From contig SYFT01000006.1 in NCBI GenBank assembly GCA_005799825.1, positions 52,130 through 116,129 on the forward strand: a stretch of DNA of 64,000 nt, in the 5' to 3' direction. The notes under the pieces were generated by a model that worked only from the letters and a program-made list of their open reading frames with translations, searched no databases and was not told the DNA's origin. The translations under genes and the position numbers were made by a program. The DNA comes from Acidobacteriota bacterium (lineage in GTDB: Bacteria > Acidobacteriota > Vicinamibacteria > Vicinamibacterales > SCN-69-37). Positions 18,305 through 26,830 of the stretch are shown here, piece after piece (position 1 is the first letter of the stretch; each line of letters starts with the position of its first letter).

Positions 18305-20077
18305 ATGACTACGACACCTGCTGTTCGCCGCGGCGCCGACTGGCTGCTCGACTCCACCGCGCCTCACGACGTGCTGACGCCGGAAGGCTTGTCCGACGAC
18401 CATCGGCTCATGGCCAAAACCGCGACTGAGTTTGTGGATCAAGAGATTCTGCCGGCCCTCGATCGGCTCGAGCAGAAAGACTGGACGTTGGCACGGGCGC
18501 TGGTGAAACGCGCCGGCGATCTCGGCCTGCTCGGCACGGATGTGCCCGAAGCCTTCGGCGGCATTGGGCTCGACAAGGCCGCGGCCGTGGTGGTGGGCGA
18601 AGGTATGGGCGGCAGCGCGTCGTTCTCCACCACGTTTGGCGCCCAGACGGGCCTCGCGATTATCCCCATCCTCTGCTTCGGCAGCGAGGCGCAACAGCAC
18701 AAGTACCTCCCGGGCATCGTCTCGGGCGATCTGGTGGGCGCGTACTGCCTGAGTGAAGCGGGGTCGGGATCGGATGCGCTCGGAGCGCGGACGAAGGCCG
18801 TGCGCCAGCCCGACGGCTCGTGGGTGCTCAACGGCGAGAAGATGTGGATCACCAACGGCGGGTTCGCCGATCTCTACATCGTGTTTGCCAAGGTGGACGG
18901 CGAGCAGTTCTCCGCCTTCATCGTAGAGCGCTCGTTTCCCGGTGTCGTGCCAGGCAAGGAAGAACACAAGATGGGCCTGCACGGTTCGTCCACGGCGCCC
19001 CTGGTGCTGCAGGACGCGCGAGTGCCGGCAGAGAACCTGCTGGGGGAAGTGGGTAAGGGCCACAAGATCGCGTTCAACGTGCTCAACTACGGGCGGCTGA
19101 AACTCGCCGGTATGTGCAGCGGCGGGGCGAAGTTCGTGATGCGCGAGGCCACGACGTACGCCACGACGAGGCGCCAGTTCGGACAGCCAATCGCGTCGTT
19201 TGGCACCATCCGCCACAAACTCGCCGAGATGACCGCCCGCGCGTACGGCGTGGAAAGCATGCTGTATCGCACAACTGGCCTGATCGACGAGATGATCGCT
19301 CGCGGGGGCCACACACCTGCGGCGGCGCTGGCCGCACTCGAGGAGTTCGCGATTGAGGCGTCGCTGCTGAAGGTGTCGAGCAGCGAGATGGCCGACTTTG
19401 TCCTTGATGAAAACGTGCAGATCCACGGCGGCAACGGCTTCGTGCGTGACTACGCGGCCGAACGCCACTATCGTGACGCTAGGGTCAACCGGATTTTCGA
19501 AGGGACCAACGAGATCAATCGGCTGCTGGTGCCGGGGATGCTCATCAAACGCGCGCTCAAGGGTGGAGTGCCCATCATTGCGGCGGCCAAGCGGCTGCAG
19601 GAGGAACTGCTCGCGCCCCCGGCCTGTGCAGCCCCCAGCGGGACGACGCCCGCCGAGTTGGTCGCGGCCACTGTGGCCGGCATGAAGAAGACGGCCATCA
19701 TGGTGCTGGGTCTGGCGATGCAGACCTATGGCACTGCGCTGGAAGAACAACAGGAAGTGCTGATGCTCGCATCGGACATCATGATGGACACCTTCATGGC
19801 CGAAAGCTCGCTGCTGCGAGCCGCACAATCGGCCGCGTCTGGATCACCGACCGCCGCGCTCCAGGCGGATGCTGCCGCCGTGCTCACCCATGACGCCGGC
19901 TTGCGCGCGGACGCCGCAGCCCGCACCGCCATCCAGGCCATGACCGGCGGCGACACGCAGCGCACCATGCTGGCGGCGCTGCGGCGCCTGTTGAAAGTCA
20001 CGCCGGTAGACACCATCGCCGCGCGCCGCCGCCTGGCCGACGCGATCGTCAATCGGAAGGGCTATATCTTCGTCTAG
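18305..20077 (+). CDS. fadE: long-form acyl-CoA dehydrogenase (FadE/YusJ-like, about 590 aa)
   Basis: I prefer the ATG at 18305 (MTTTPAVRRGADWLL), in frame with the ORF-track start at 18245. It has YCLSEAGSGSDA, WITNGGFADLY and HGGNGFVRDYAAERHYRDARVNRIFEGTNEI, plus a C-terminal extension. Confidence 0.85.
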   Translation: MTTTPAVRRGADWLLDSTAPHDVLTPEGLSDDHRLMAKTATEFVDQEILPALDRLEQKDWTLARALVKRAGDLGLLGTDVPEAFGGIGLDKAAAVVVGEGMGGSASFSTTFGAQTGLAIIPILCFGSEAQQHKYLPGIVSGDLVGAYCLSEAGSGSDALGARTKAVRQPDGSWVLNGEKMWITNGGFADLYIVFAKVDGEQFSAFIVERSFPGVVPGKEEHKMGLHGSSTAPLVLQDARVPAENLLGEVGKGHKIAFNVLNYGRLKLAGMCSGGAKFVMREATTYATTRRQFGQPIASFGTIRHKLAEMTARAYGVESMLYRTTGLIDEMIARGGHTPAAALAALEEFAIEASLLKVSSSEMADFVLDENVQIHGGNGFVRDYAAERHYRDARVNRIFEGTNEINRLLVPGMLIKRALKGGVPIIAAAKRLQEELLAPPACAAPSGTTPAELVAATVAGMKKTAIMVLGLAMQTYGTALEEQQEVLMLASDIMMDTFMAESSLLRAAQSAASGSPTAALQADAAAVLTHDAGLRADAAARTAIQAMTGGDTQRTMLAALRRLLKVTPVDTIAARRRLADAIVNRKGYIFV

Positions 20078-20082
20078 ATAGT

Positions 20083-20154
20083 GGCCTCGGCCTTGAGGAA
20101 CAGGCCGAGCGACGTACTCGGGACGGTACGTTGCTCGAGCTGGTTCTCAAGCCC
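20083..20154. repeat. REP/MITE-like palindromic element (copy A), probable terminator or mRNA stabiliser after fadE
   Basis: The left arm GGCCTCGGCCTTGAGGAACAGGCCGAGCGACGTAC (20083-20117) is an imperfect inverted copy of the right arm GTACGTTGCTCGAGCTGGTTCTCAAGCCC (20126-20154). The central ACGTAC/GTACGT pair is perfect. Confidence 0.55.
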
Positions 20155-20177
20155 AAGGGACGCGGTAGAATCGTGAC

Positions 20178-20840
20178 GTGCGTCGCGCCCTGATTTTCGC
20201 CCTGACTGCGGCGGCCGTGCTGGCCGCCTGCACCTCTGGTCCGCAGCCCATCGAAGACGGGTCGAATGATCAAAGCATTCTCGCGTGGCGGGCCAGTAAG
20301 GATGCGATGTTCAAGTCGAACGACGATCTGGATGGCGATGGCCAGCCCGATTCGCCGCTGCTCCCGGCCGACAAGGTCGTATTCACCGGACTGCCCTACT
20401 ACCCGATCGATCCCGCCCATCAGATGCCGGCGGTGCTGAACGAAAACCGCTCGCCACGACTCCTCATCGAATTGCCGACATCCTCCACGGAACTGCGGCG
20501 GATGCAGCGCGTGGGCACGTTGACGTTTACGCTGAAAGGCACGACCCTGACGCTGACCGCGTTCGCCGACGAAGGCGCGCGCACGATCACGCGGCTGTTT
20601 GTACCGTTCGGCGATCTGACCAGCGGCACTGACACGTACAAAGGCGGCCGGTACCTGGAGCTCGATCGTACATCGACGACGTTGTACGATTTGGACTTCA
20701 ATCGCGCGTATCACCCGTTCTGTGTGTTCAACCCGTCGTACGTCTGTCCGGTGCCTCCAGGGGAGAATCGCCTGGCGGTGGCCATCCAGGCCGGCGAGCG
20801 TCTGCGCAGCGCCACGTTAAGCGGTCGTAGTCTGTATTGA
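20178..20840 (+). CDS. DUF1684-domain lipoprotein
   Basis: 220 aa with lipobox AVLAAC. The C-terminal motif GGRYLELD ... AYHPFCVFNPSYVCPVPPGENRL is typical of DUF1684. Confidence 0.7.
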   Translation: MRRALIFALTAAAVLAACTSGPQPIEDGSNDQSILAWRASKDAMFKSNDDLDGDGQPDSPLLPADKVVFTGLPYYPIDPAHQMPAVLNENRSPRLLIELPTSSTELRRMQRVGTLTFTLKGTTLTLTAFADEGARTITRLFVPFGDLTSGTDTYKGGRYLELDRTSTTLYDLDFNRAYHPFCVFNPSYVCPVPPGENRLAVAIQAGERLRSATLSGRSLY

Positions 20841-20881
20841 CCCGTTCTGCCGGGCGGTATAGCGTCGGAGAGATCCCTTTC

Positions 20882-23071
20882 ATGCGACATAAATTTCTCA
20901 TTGTGCTGTTCGCGGCGGGCCTTGCGCCCGCGCTCGTGGCGAGTGACTGGCCGGAATCCCGCGGTCCATCGCGGGACGGCACATCGCCAGAAAACAAACT
21001 CCTCTCGCGCTGGTCGCCGGCCGGAGAGAATCTGGCCTGGACGCTGCCCTTCGGCGGGCGTTCCACACCGGTCATTCACGGCAACCGCCTGTATCTGCAG
21101 ACCACCACCGTCGGCGACGTCTCGGTCACGCAGGAGCGACTCGTCGCGGTGGACGCCAACTCCGGACGTGTGCTCTGGGAGCATCGGGTGCCGCAGTTCC
21201 TGAGCGACGTGCCGCAACACCGAGCGGCGTGGGCCTCACCCGCGGTCGATCGGCAAAGCGGCAACATCTACATGTTTACCGTGTCCGCCGAACTCCTGGC
21301 GCTGTCGCCGCAGGGCGCGGTCCTGTGGAAGCGGTCGCTGCCTGAGGAGTACGGCGCGATCACCACCCATGGCGGCCGCACCACCTCCCCCATCATCGAA
21401 GGACAGATGGTCATCCTCAACACCCTGCTGCAGGGTTGGGGCGACCTGGGCCGTCCGGGCAACCGCTACTTCGCTTTCGACAAGACCACTGGCCAGACGA
21501 TCTGGGTCAGCGCGCCGCAAACGCGGCACTACGACACGAACTACTCGAGCCCGATCGTCGCCGACGTCAACGGCATGCGCCAGCTCATCGTGGGCGGCAC
21601 CGACGGCGTGTTTCACGGTCTCAAGGTCACCACGGGCCAGCCGGTGTGGAGCCTGGAAGTCAGCAAGCGCGCCATTCTCAACAGCCCGTTGTTTCGCAAC
21701 AACACGATCTATATCGCCCACGGGGAGGAGAACATCGACACGACGGAGATGGGCATGCTGGCGGCCGTTGATGCCACCGGCACAGGTGCGCTGACCGGCG
21801 CGGCGATCAAATGGAAGACCCATGGCTTCCTGTCGACGTTTGCGTCCCCCGTGATGGATGGTAGCCGGTTGTATGGCATGGACAACGGCGCGATTCTCGC
21901 GGCGGTCGATCTGACTACGGGCAAGGCACTCTGGAAGAAGACACTCGGCACCCTGCAGAAGGGGTCGCCGACTCTGGCCGACGGCAAGTTGTATATCGGC
22001 ACGGAAAACGGCAAGTTCTACATCCTGCGGCCGAGTGCGACGGGCGTGGAAGTCCTAGATGAGGATGTGCTCGGTACGGCGGGAAGTCCCGAACCCATCC
22101 TGGCGTCGCCGGCGGTGGCCAACGGACGGGTATATGTGACGTCGATGGAGCGCGTGTATGCGATCGGGCCCAAACAGGCGACGGCCGCGAGCGCGTCACC
22201 TGCCGCCGCAACACCTGCGGCCTCGTCGGCTCCGGTCGCGGCGGTGCAGGTGTTTCCGTATGAAGCGCTCCTCAACCCTGGCGATAAACAGGCCTTTGTC
22301 GTGCGGCTCTTTGATGCCAACGGTGTGTTCATTCGCCAGGCCAAAGCAGGTGACGTGCAGTGGACCACAGACCAGCTGGCGGGAACAATTGGAGCCGACG
22401 GCGCGTTCGTGGCGCCCGGTGGCGGCGCCGCGGGCTACGTCAAGGCGGCCGTAATCGGCGCGGCCGGGCCCATCACGGGGCAGGCGAGAGTGCGTGTGAT
22501 TCCACCGCTGCCCTGGTCCTACGACTTCGACGGCCTCAAGGCGACTCCCGCGTGGTGGACGTCGAACATGAAGGCGCTACCTCGTGAACTGGACGGCAGC
22601 GGGGTGCTGGTGCGGCCACGCGACGACACCGTGGGCCGGCGCACGAAACTGATGATGGGACGGCCGGAGTGGTCCGACTACACCGTGGAAGCCGACGTGC
22701 GCGGCCTGGTGATGCGACGGCAGCGCGGTGACGTGGGCCTCATCAATCAACGCTACGTGCTGATGATGTTTGGCAACAACCAGAAGATCGAGTTGCAGCC
22801 CTGGCAGGCCGCCAATGAGATGACGGTCAGCGTGGAAAAATTCACATGGCCGGTGGACACGTGGTACCGGATGAAACTTCGCGTCGAGAACCGGGCCGAC
22901 GGCACCACGCTGGTGCAGGGCAAAGTCTGGCCCCGTGACAGGGCCGAGCCTGCGGCCTGGACGATCAAAAAAGTGGACCGCATTCCCCATCGCTCTGGCG
23001 CGCCCGGCCTGTACGGCGACGGCATCTCCGACGTCTTTTTTGACAATTTCAAGGTCTACAGGAATCAGTAG
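20882..23071 (+). CDS. secreted PQQ-like beta-propeller protein with Big_2-like and C-terminal LamG/DUF1080-like domains
   Basis: I prefer the ATG at 20882 (MRHKFLIVLFAAGLAPALVA). WPESRGPSRDG begins the repeated propeller blades (AVDANSGRVLWE, LSPQGAVLWK, DKTTGQTIWV, KVTTGQPVWS, DLTTGKALWK). An Ig-like segment (VQVFPYEALLNPGDKQAF) follows, then a jelly-roll tail ending GISDVFFDNFKVY. Confidence 0.75.
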   Translation: MRHKFLIVLFAAGLAPALVASDWPESRGPSRDGTSPENKLLSRWSPAGENLAWTLPFGGRSTPVIHGNRLYLQTTTVGDVSVTQERLVAVDANSGRVLWEHRVPQFLSDVPQHRAAWASPAVDRQSGNIYMFTVSAELLALSPQGAVLWKRSLPEEYGAITTHGGRTTSPIIEGQMVILNTLLQGWGDLGRPGNRYFAFDKTTGQTIWVSAPQTRHYDTNYSSPIVADVNGMRQLIVGGTDGVFHGLKVTTGQPVWSLEVSKRAILNSPLFRNNTIYIAHGEENIDTTEMGMLAAVDATGTGALTGAAIKWKTHGFLSTFASPVMDGSRLYGMDNGAILAAVDLTTGKALWKKTLGTLQKGSPTLADGKLYIGTENGKFYILRPSATGVEVLDEDVLGTAGSPEPILASPAVANGRVYVTSMERVYAIGPKQATAASASPAAATPAASSAPVAAVQVFPYEALLNPGDKQAFVVRLFDANGVFIRQAKAGDVQWTTDQLAGTIGADGAFVAPGGGAAGYVKAAVIGAAGPITGQARVRVIPPLPWSYDFDGLKATPAWWTSNMKALPRELDGSGVLVRPRDDTVGRRTKLMMGRPEWSDYTVEADVRGLVMRRQRGDVGLINQRYVLMMFGNNQKIELQPWQAANEMTVSVEKFTWPVDTWYRMKLRVENRADGTTLVQGKVWPRDRAEPAAWTIKKVDRIPHRSGAPGLYGDGISDVFFDNFKVYRNQ

Positions 23072-23081
23072 GAATCACGTG

Positions 23082-24515
23082 ATGAAGACACTTTCGCTCG
23101 TCGTGTTGTGTACGTTGGTGGCCACCACTGCTTCGTCCGGGGCCGGCAAAGGTCTGACCGAGTGGCACATGTGGGGCGGGTCACCCGACCGCAACATGGT
23201 GTCGGACGCCACCGGAATGCCCTCGACCTGGAACGTGAAGACTGGAGAAAACATCAAGTGGGTGGCCGCGCTCGGCTCCCAGAGCTACGGCAACCCTGTA
23301 GTGGCCGGCGGCGTAGTGCTTGTGGGCACAAACAACGAAGCCACACGCGACCCCAAACAGGCCGGCGACCGCGGCGTACTGATGGCGTTTCGCGAATCGA
23401 CAGGCGAGTTCATGTGGCAGGCGACCTACGAGAAGCTGACGTCGGGGCGCGCGAACGACTGGCCCTTCCAGGGCATCGCGTCGTCGCCGCTCATCATTGG
23501 CGAGATCGCGTACTTCGTGTCCAACCGCGGCGTGGTGGTGGCGGCCGACATCCAGGGCTTCCACGACAACGAAAACGACGGCGAGTTTAAGACCGAAACC
23601 CTCACCGGCAAGCACGATCCGGACGTCGTCTGGCAATACGACATGATGGAAGAGGTTGGTGCCTTCCCGCACAACCTGGCCAACTCGTCGCCGAATTTTT
23701 ACCAGAACCTGCTCTACGTCTCGACCGGCAACGGCCAGGATGAAAGCCACGTGAACATCCCGTCACCCAACGCGCCGGCCCTCATCGCGCTTGATCGCAC
23801 CACCGGAAAACTGGTGTGGGAGGACGCGTCGCCGGCCGACAAGATCCTGCACGGCCAGTGGTCAACGCCCACGGTCGGCAGCATCGGCGGTGTCGTGCAG
23901 GTCGTGCACGGACAGGGCGACGGCTGGGTGCGCAGCTACGAGGCGCTGACCGGCAAGAAGTTGTGGGAGTTCGACACGAACCCGAAAGATGCCGTCTGGC
24001 CGAAGACGCGCAACGAGATTATTGCCACACCGGTGATCTACGAGGACGTAGTGTATCTCGCCAACGGCCAGGACCCCGAACACGGCGAAGGGATCGGCCA
24101 CCTGTACGCGATCGACGCCACCAAACGCGGCGACATCACGGACACGGGCCGCCTCTGGCACTACACGGACATTCGCCGGACGATTTCGACGCCGTCGATC
24201 CAGGACGGGCTGCTCTACTACCCGGACTTCAGCGGTTTCTTCCACTGCATCGACCTGGAGACCGGCAAGCAGGTCTGGAAACACGACATGTTCGCTGCGA
24301 TGTGGAGCTCACCGATGATTGTGGACGGCAAAGTCTACCTGGGTGACGAAGACGGCGACGTCACCATCTTCCAGCACGGCCTGGAGAAGAAAGTGCTCAA
24401 CGAAGTGAACATGGGCAGCTCTGTCTACTCCACGGTCGTCACCTCCAACGGCGCGATGTTCGTGATGACACGCAATAACCTGTTCGCGATTCAACAGGGC
24501 GCGAAGCGGCAATGA
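23082..24515 (+). CDS. secreted PQQ-like beta-propeller protein
   Basis: I prefer the ATG at 23082 (MKTLSLVVLCTLVATTASS), in frame with the ORF-track start at 22935. Blades include RESTGEFMWQ, DRTTGKLVWE, EALTGKKLWE and DLETGKQVWK. Confidence 0.75.
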   Translation: MKTLSLVVLCTLVATTASSGAGKGLTEWHMWGGSPDRNMVSDATGMPSTWNVKTGENIKWVAALGSQSYGNPVVAGGVVLVGTNNEATRDPKQAGDRGVLMAFRESTGEFMWQATYEKLTSGRANDWPFQGIASSPLIIGEIAYFVSNRGVVVAADIQGFHDNENDGEFKTETLTGKHDPDVVWQYDMMEEVGAFPHNLANSSPNFYQNLLYVSTGNGQDESHVNIPSPNAPALIALDRTTGKLVWEDASPADKILHGQWSTPTVGSIGGVVQVVHGQGDGWVRSYEALTGKKLWEFDTNPKDAVWPKTRNEIIATPVIYEDVVYLANGQDPEHGEGIGHLYAIDATKRGDITDTGRLWHYTDIRRTISTPSIQDGLLYYPDFSGFFHCIDLETGKQVWKHDMFAAMWSSPMIVDGKVYLGDEDGDVTIFQHGLEKKVLNEVNMGSSVYSTVVTSNGAMFVMTRNNLFAIQQGAKRQ

Positions 24516-24661
24516 GGCAATGCCGGGAATGGGCCCAATGAGGCAATGACGCGCGGCCCGATGCGACGGCGTAGCGACCGGGGGGCGATGCTCGTCGCCA
24601 CCATGCTGGCTATTGCCTTCAGCGCCGTCATTGGGCCCATTCCCGGCATTGCCTCATTGCC
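24508..24661. repeat. 34-bp perfect inverted repeat (arms 24508-24541 and 24628-24661, 86-nt spacer)
   Basis: The left arm is GGCAATGAGGCAATGCCGGGAATGGGCCCAATGA. The right arm TCATTGGGCCCATTCCCGGCATTGCCTCATTGCC is its exact reverse complement, checked base by base. The 10-mer AATGAGGCAA/TTGCCTCATT occurs four times (24511, 24538, 24650, 24689). Confidence 0.9.
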
Positions 24662-25778
24662 TACTGGCTTATTGCCCAATTGGCTCTTTGCCTCATTTCA
24701 ACAGGCCGCTCCTGCCCCCGCCCACTGGCCTCAGTTCCGCAACTCCCCCACGCTGACCGGCGTGGCGGCATCCCCGCTGCCGGCGACCTTGCGCCTGCTG
24801 TGGACCTATGAGGCCGGCTCGGCGATCGAGTCTTCAGCCGCGGTAGTCGATGGTGTGGCGTATGTGGGCACGTCCGGGGGCGCGCTGGTGGCGATTGATG
24901 CAGCCAGCGGGAAGCTGAAGTGGTCCTACCGGGCGACGTCTGACGACCTGGGTATCGGCGAATCGTCGCCAGCGGTGGCCAATGGCGTAGTGTACATCGG
25001 CGATCTCTCGGGCGTGTTTCACGCGGTAGACGCGGCCACTGGCAAGGCGCGCTGGACATACAAAACCGGCGCGGAGATCAAATCATCACCGGTGGTGGCC
25101 GGCCACACGGTCCTGATCGGATCGTACGACGGTCATTTGTACGGTTTGAACGCCGTGACGGGCGCGTTCCGCTGGAAAGCCGGCACCGACAACTACGTGC
25201 ATTCCACGCCGGCCATCTGGAACGGAGTGGCGTACTTCGGCGGTTGTGACGAGGTGTTTCATGGCGTCCGCATCAGCGATGGCACCAAAGTGCTGTCCAT
25301 GGCCACGCAGGCCTACACAGCCGCCTCACCAGCCATCGCCGCCGGCGTGGCGTACTACGGCACATTCGCGAACGAGGTGGTGGCGGTAGACATCGCCGCG
25401 AAGCGCGTGAGGTGGCGGTTCATCGATCCCGACCGCCAGTTCCCGTTTTATTCGTCAGCCGCTCTCAGCGTCAGCGGCAACGGCGGAACCATGGTGCTGG
25501 GCGGCCGCGACAAGAACGTGCGTGCCATCGACATGGCCACCGGGAAACAGCGCTGGTCGTTCACCACCCGGGCGCGGGTGGAATCCTCACCGGCCATCGC
25601 AGGCACCCGCGTCCTTGTGGGGTCAAGCGACGGCAAGCTCTACGTGCTCGATCTTGCCTCAGGCAAGAAGCTCTGGGAGTTCGATGGCGCCGCGCCCTTC
25701 ACGGCCTCTCCTGCTGTCGCCGATGGGCGCGTCATCGTCGGTGACGGAGACGGACGCCTGTACGCCTTCGGTCAGTAG
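24546..25778 (+). CDS. secreted PQQ-like beta-propeller protein (start codon uncertain: 24546, 24561 or 24588)
   Basis: 410-aa [16 protein letters not shown] begins the blades ([59 protein letters not shown]). The three candidate ATGs all lie in the loop of the inverted repeat. Confidence 0.7.
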   Translation: MTRGPMRRRSDRGAMLVATMLAIAFSAVIGPIPGIASLPTGLLPNWLFASFQQAAPAPAHWPQFRNSPTLTGVAASPLPATLRLLWTYEAGSAIESSAAVVDGVAYVGTSGGALVAIDAASGKLKWSYRATSDDLGIGESSPAVANGVVYIGDLSGVFHAVDAATGKARWTYKTGAEIKSSPVVAGHTVLIGSYDGHLYGLNAVTGAFRWKAGTDNYVHSTPAIWNGVAYFGGCDEVFHGVRISDGTKVLSMATQAYTAASPAIAAGVAYYGTFANEVVAVDIAAKRVRWRFIDPDRQFPFYSSAALSVSGNGGTMVLGGRDKNVRAIDMATGKQRWSFTTRARVESSPAIAGTRVLVGSSDGKLYVLDLASGKKLWEFDGAAPFTASPAVADGRVIVGDGDGRLYAFGQ

Positions 25779-26217
25779 GCCGGAAAAGACTCGCGACAGT
25801 GTAGGCTACTCTGGCTATGGACATAACGAAGCCCATGCCTGAGCTGGTGGCCATTCTGTCTGCCAGGTACTTTGCAACGGGCGCATCGAGGTCGAGTTGT
25901 CCCGCATCGATCAGTTGAAGCGCGAGCGCCGCAACAAATGTCTTGCCTGTACTACCGGCCAACAGCAAAGCGTCGGAGATCAACGGCGTCTTTGTGCCGC
26001 GGTCAGCCACACCCGCGACGGCGGGGATCATCCGGCCGTCAGCAAGGACGATGCTCACCGATACGCCGGGCACCGACGACTACGCGTGCCACTCACGCAG
26101 GTAGGCTTCAACGCGCGCTTGTGGTGTTGCGCCTGCCGGCGCCACCTGAGGCGGCGCAGTCTGCGCATGCAACGGCACGCAGGCGATCGCCGCCACAACG
26201 AGCAAACGACGGATCAC
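25732..26217 (-). pseudogene. decayed serine hydrolase (beta-lactamase family) gene: in-frame TAG and 3' truncation
   Basis: Minus-strand translation from the GTG at 26217 gives VIRRLLVVAAIACVPLHAQTAPPQVAPAGATPQARVEAYLREWHA, then TAG (26082..26080), then SSVPGVSVSIVLADGRMIPAVAGVADRGTKTPLISDALLLAGSTGKTFVAALALQLIDAGQLDLDAPVAKYL. The S-x-x-K motif (STGK) is present. Family-like sequence stops around 25865 and the reading frame then runs into the end of the propeller gene. Confidence 0.6.
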
Positions 26218-26303
26218 ACAGAGACGCTGAGACGCAGCAGTTCCTGTTCAAAGCCCCAAGCCAGCGACCTCAGCATCTCAACACTTCCTCTGATCCGTCG
26301 TGA

Positions 26304-26822
26304 TCACCGATGCTCTCGTGTCCATGTCAGCGCCGCGATTCCCGGCGCCCAGGCAACCGTCCACGCGACGAGATGCCAGAGGTAGTTGCGTGACTCGGGG
26401 TGATCCGTCCAGATGCCCGAGACACGATAAAATATCAGCCCGCTCCCAATCGCGGCCAGCGCACCGGGCACAAGCCAACGACCGGCCGCGACGAGCGCGC
26501 CCTGCAGCCATGCGGCGACCGCCGCAAGGAAGATCCACATGAACACCCAGGCGGCAATCAGGGCGCCCAGATAGCCCGCCAGGCCGACGACCGCATAAAA
26601 CGCGAGGGCCCCGGCCACGCCGGCCGCCACGCCGCCGGCCGCGCCACGCACCACCGATCCTGCGTGATGCCCCAACACCAATCCGACAGCCAGCAACAGC
26701 GCGGCGCCATGCAGGACGCCATGCGCCGGCGTATGGCGCACGCCGAACTCGAACCAGACGTAGTCGCCGAGCGTGGCGACGAAGGCCACAAACACCACGC
26801 GCGCCAGCAGGATCAACACCAC
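26304..26822 (-). CDS. hypothetical polytopic membrane protein
   Basis: 172 aa with about 5 hydrophobic helices (ARVVFVAFVATLG, GAALLLAVGLVLG, ALAFYAVVGLAGYLGALIAAWVFMWIFLAAVAAWL). It starts 9 nt after the MFS stop. No family recognised. Confidence 0.5.
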   Translation of the reverse strand: MVLILLARVVFVAFVATLGDYVWFEFGVRHTPAHGVLHGAALLLAVGLVLGHHAGSVVRGAAGGVAAGVAGALAFYAVVGLAGYLGALIAAWVFMWIFLAAVAAWLQGALVAAGRWLVPGALAAIGSGLIFYRVSGIWTDHPESRNYLWHLVAWTVAWAPGIAALTWTREHR

Positions 26823-26830
26823 GAAAAGTC

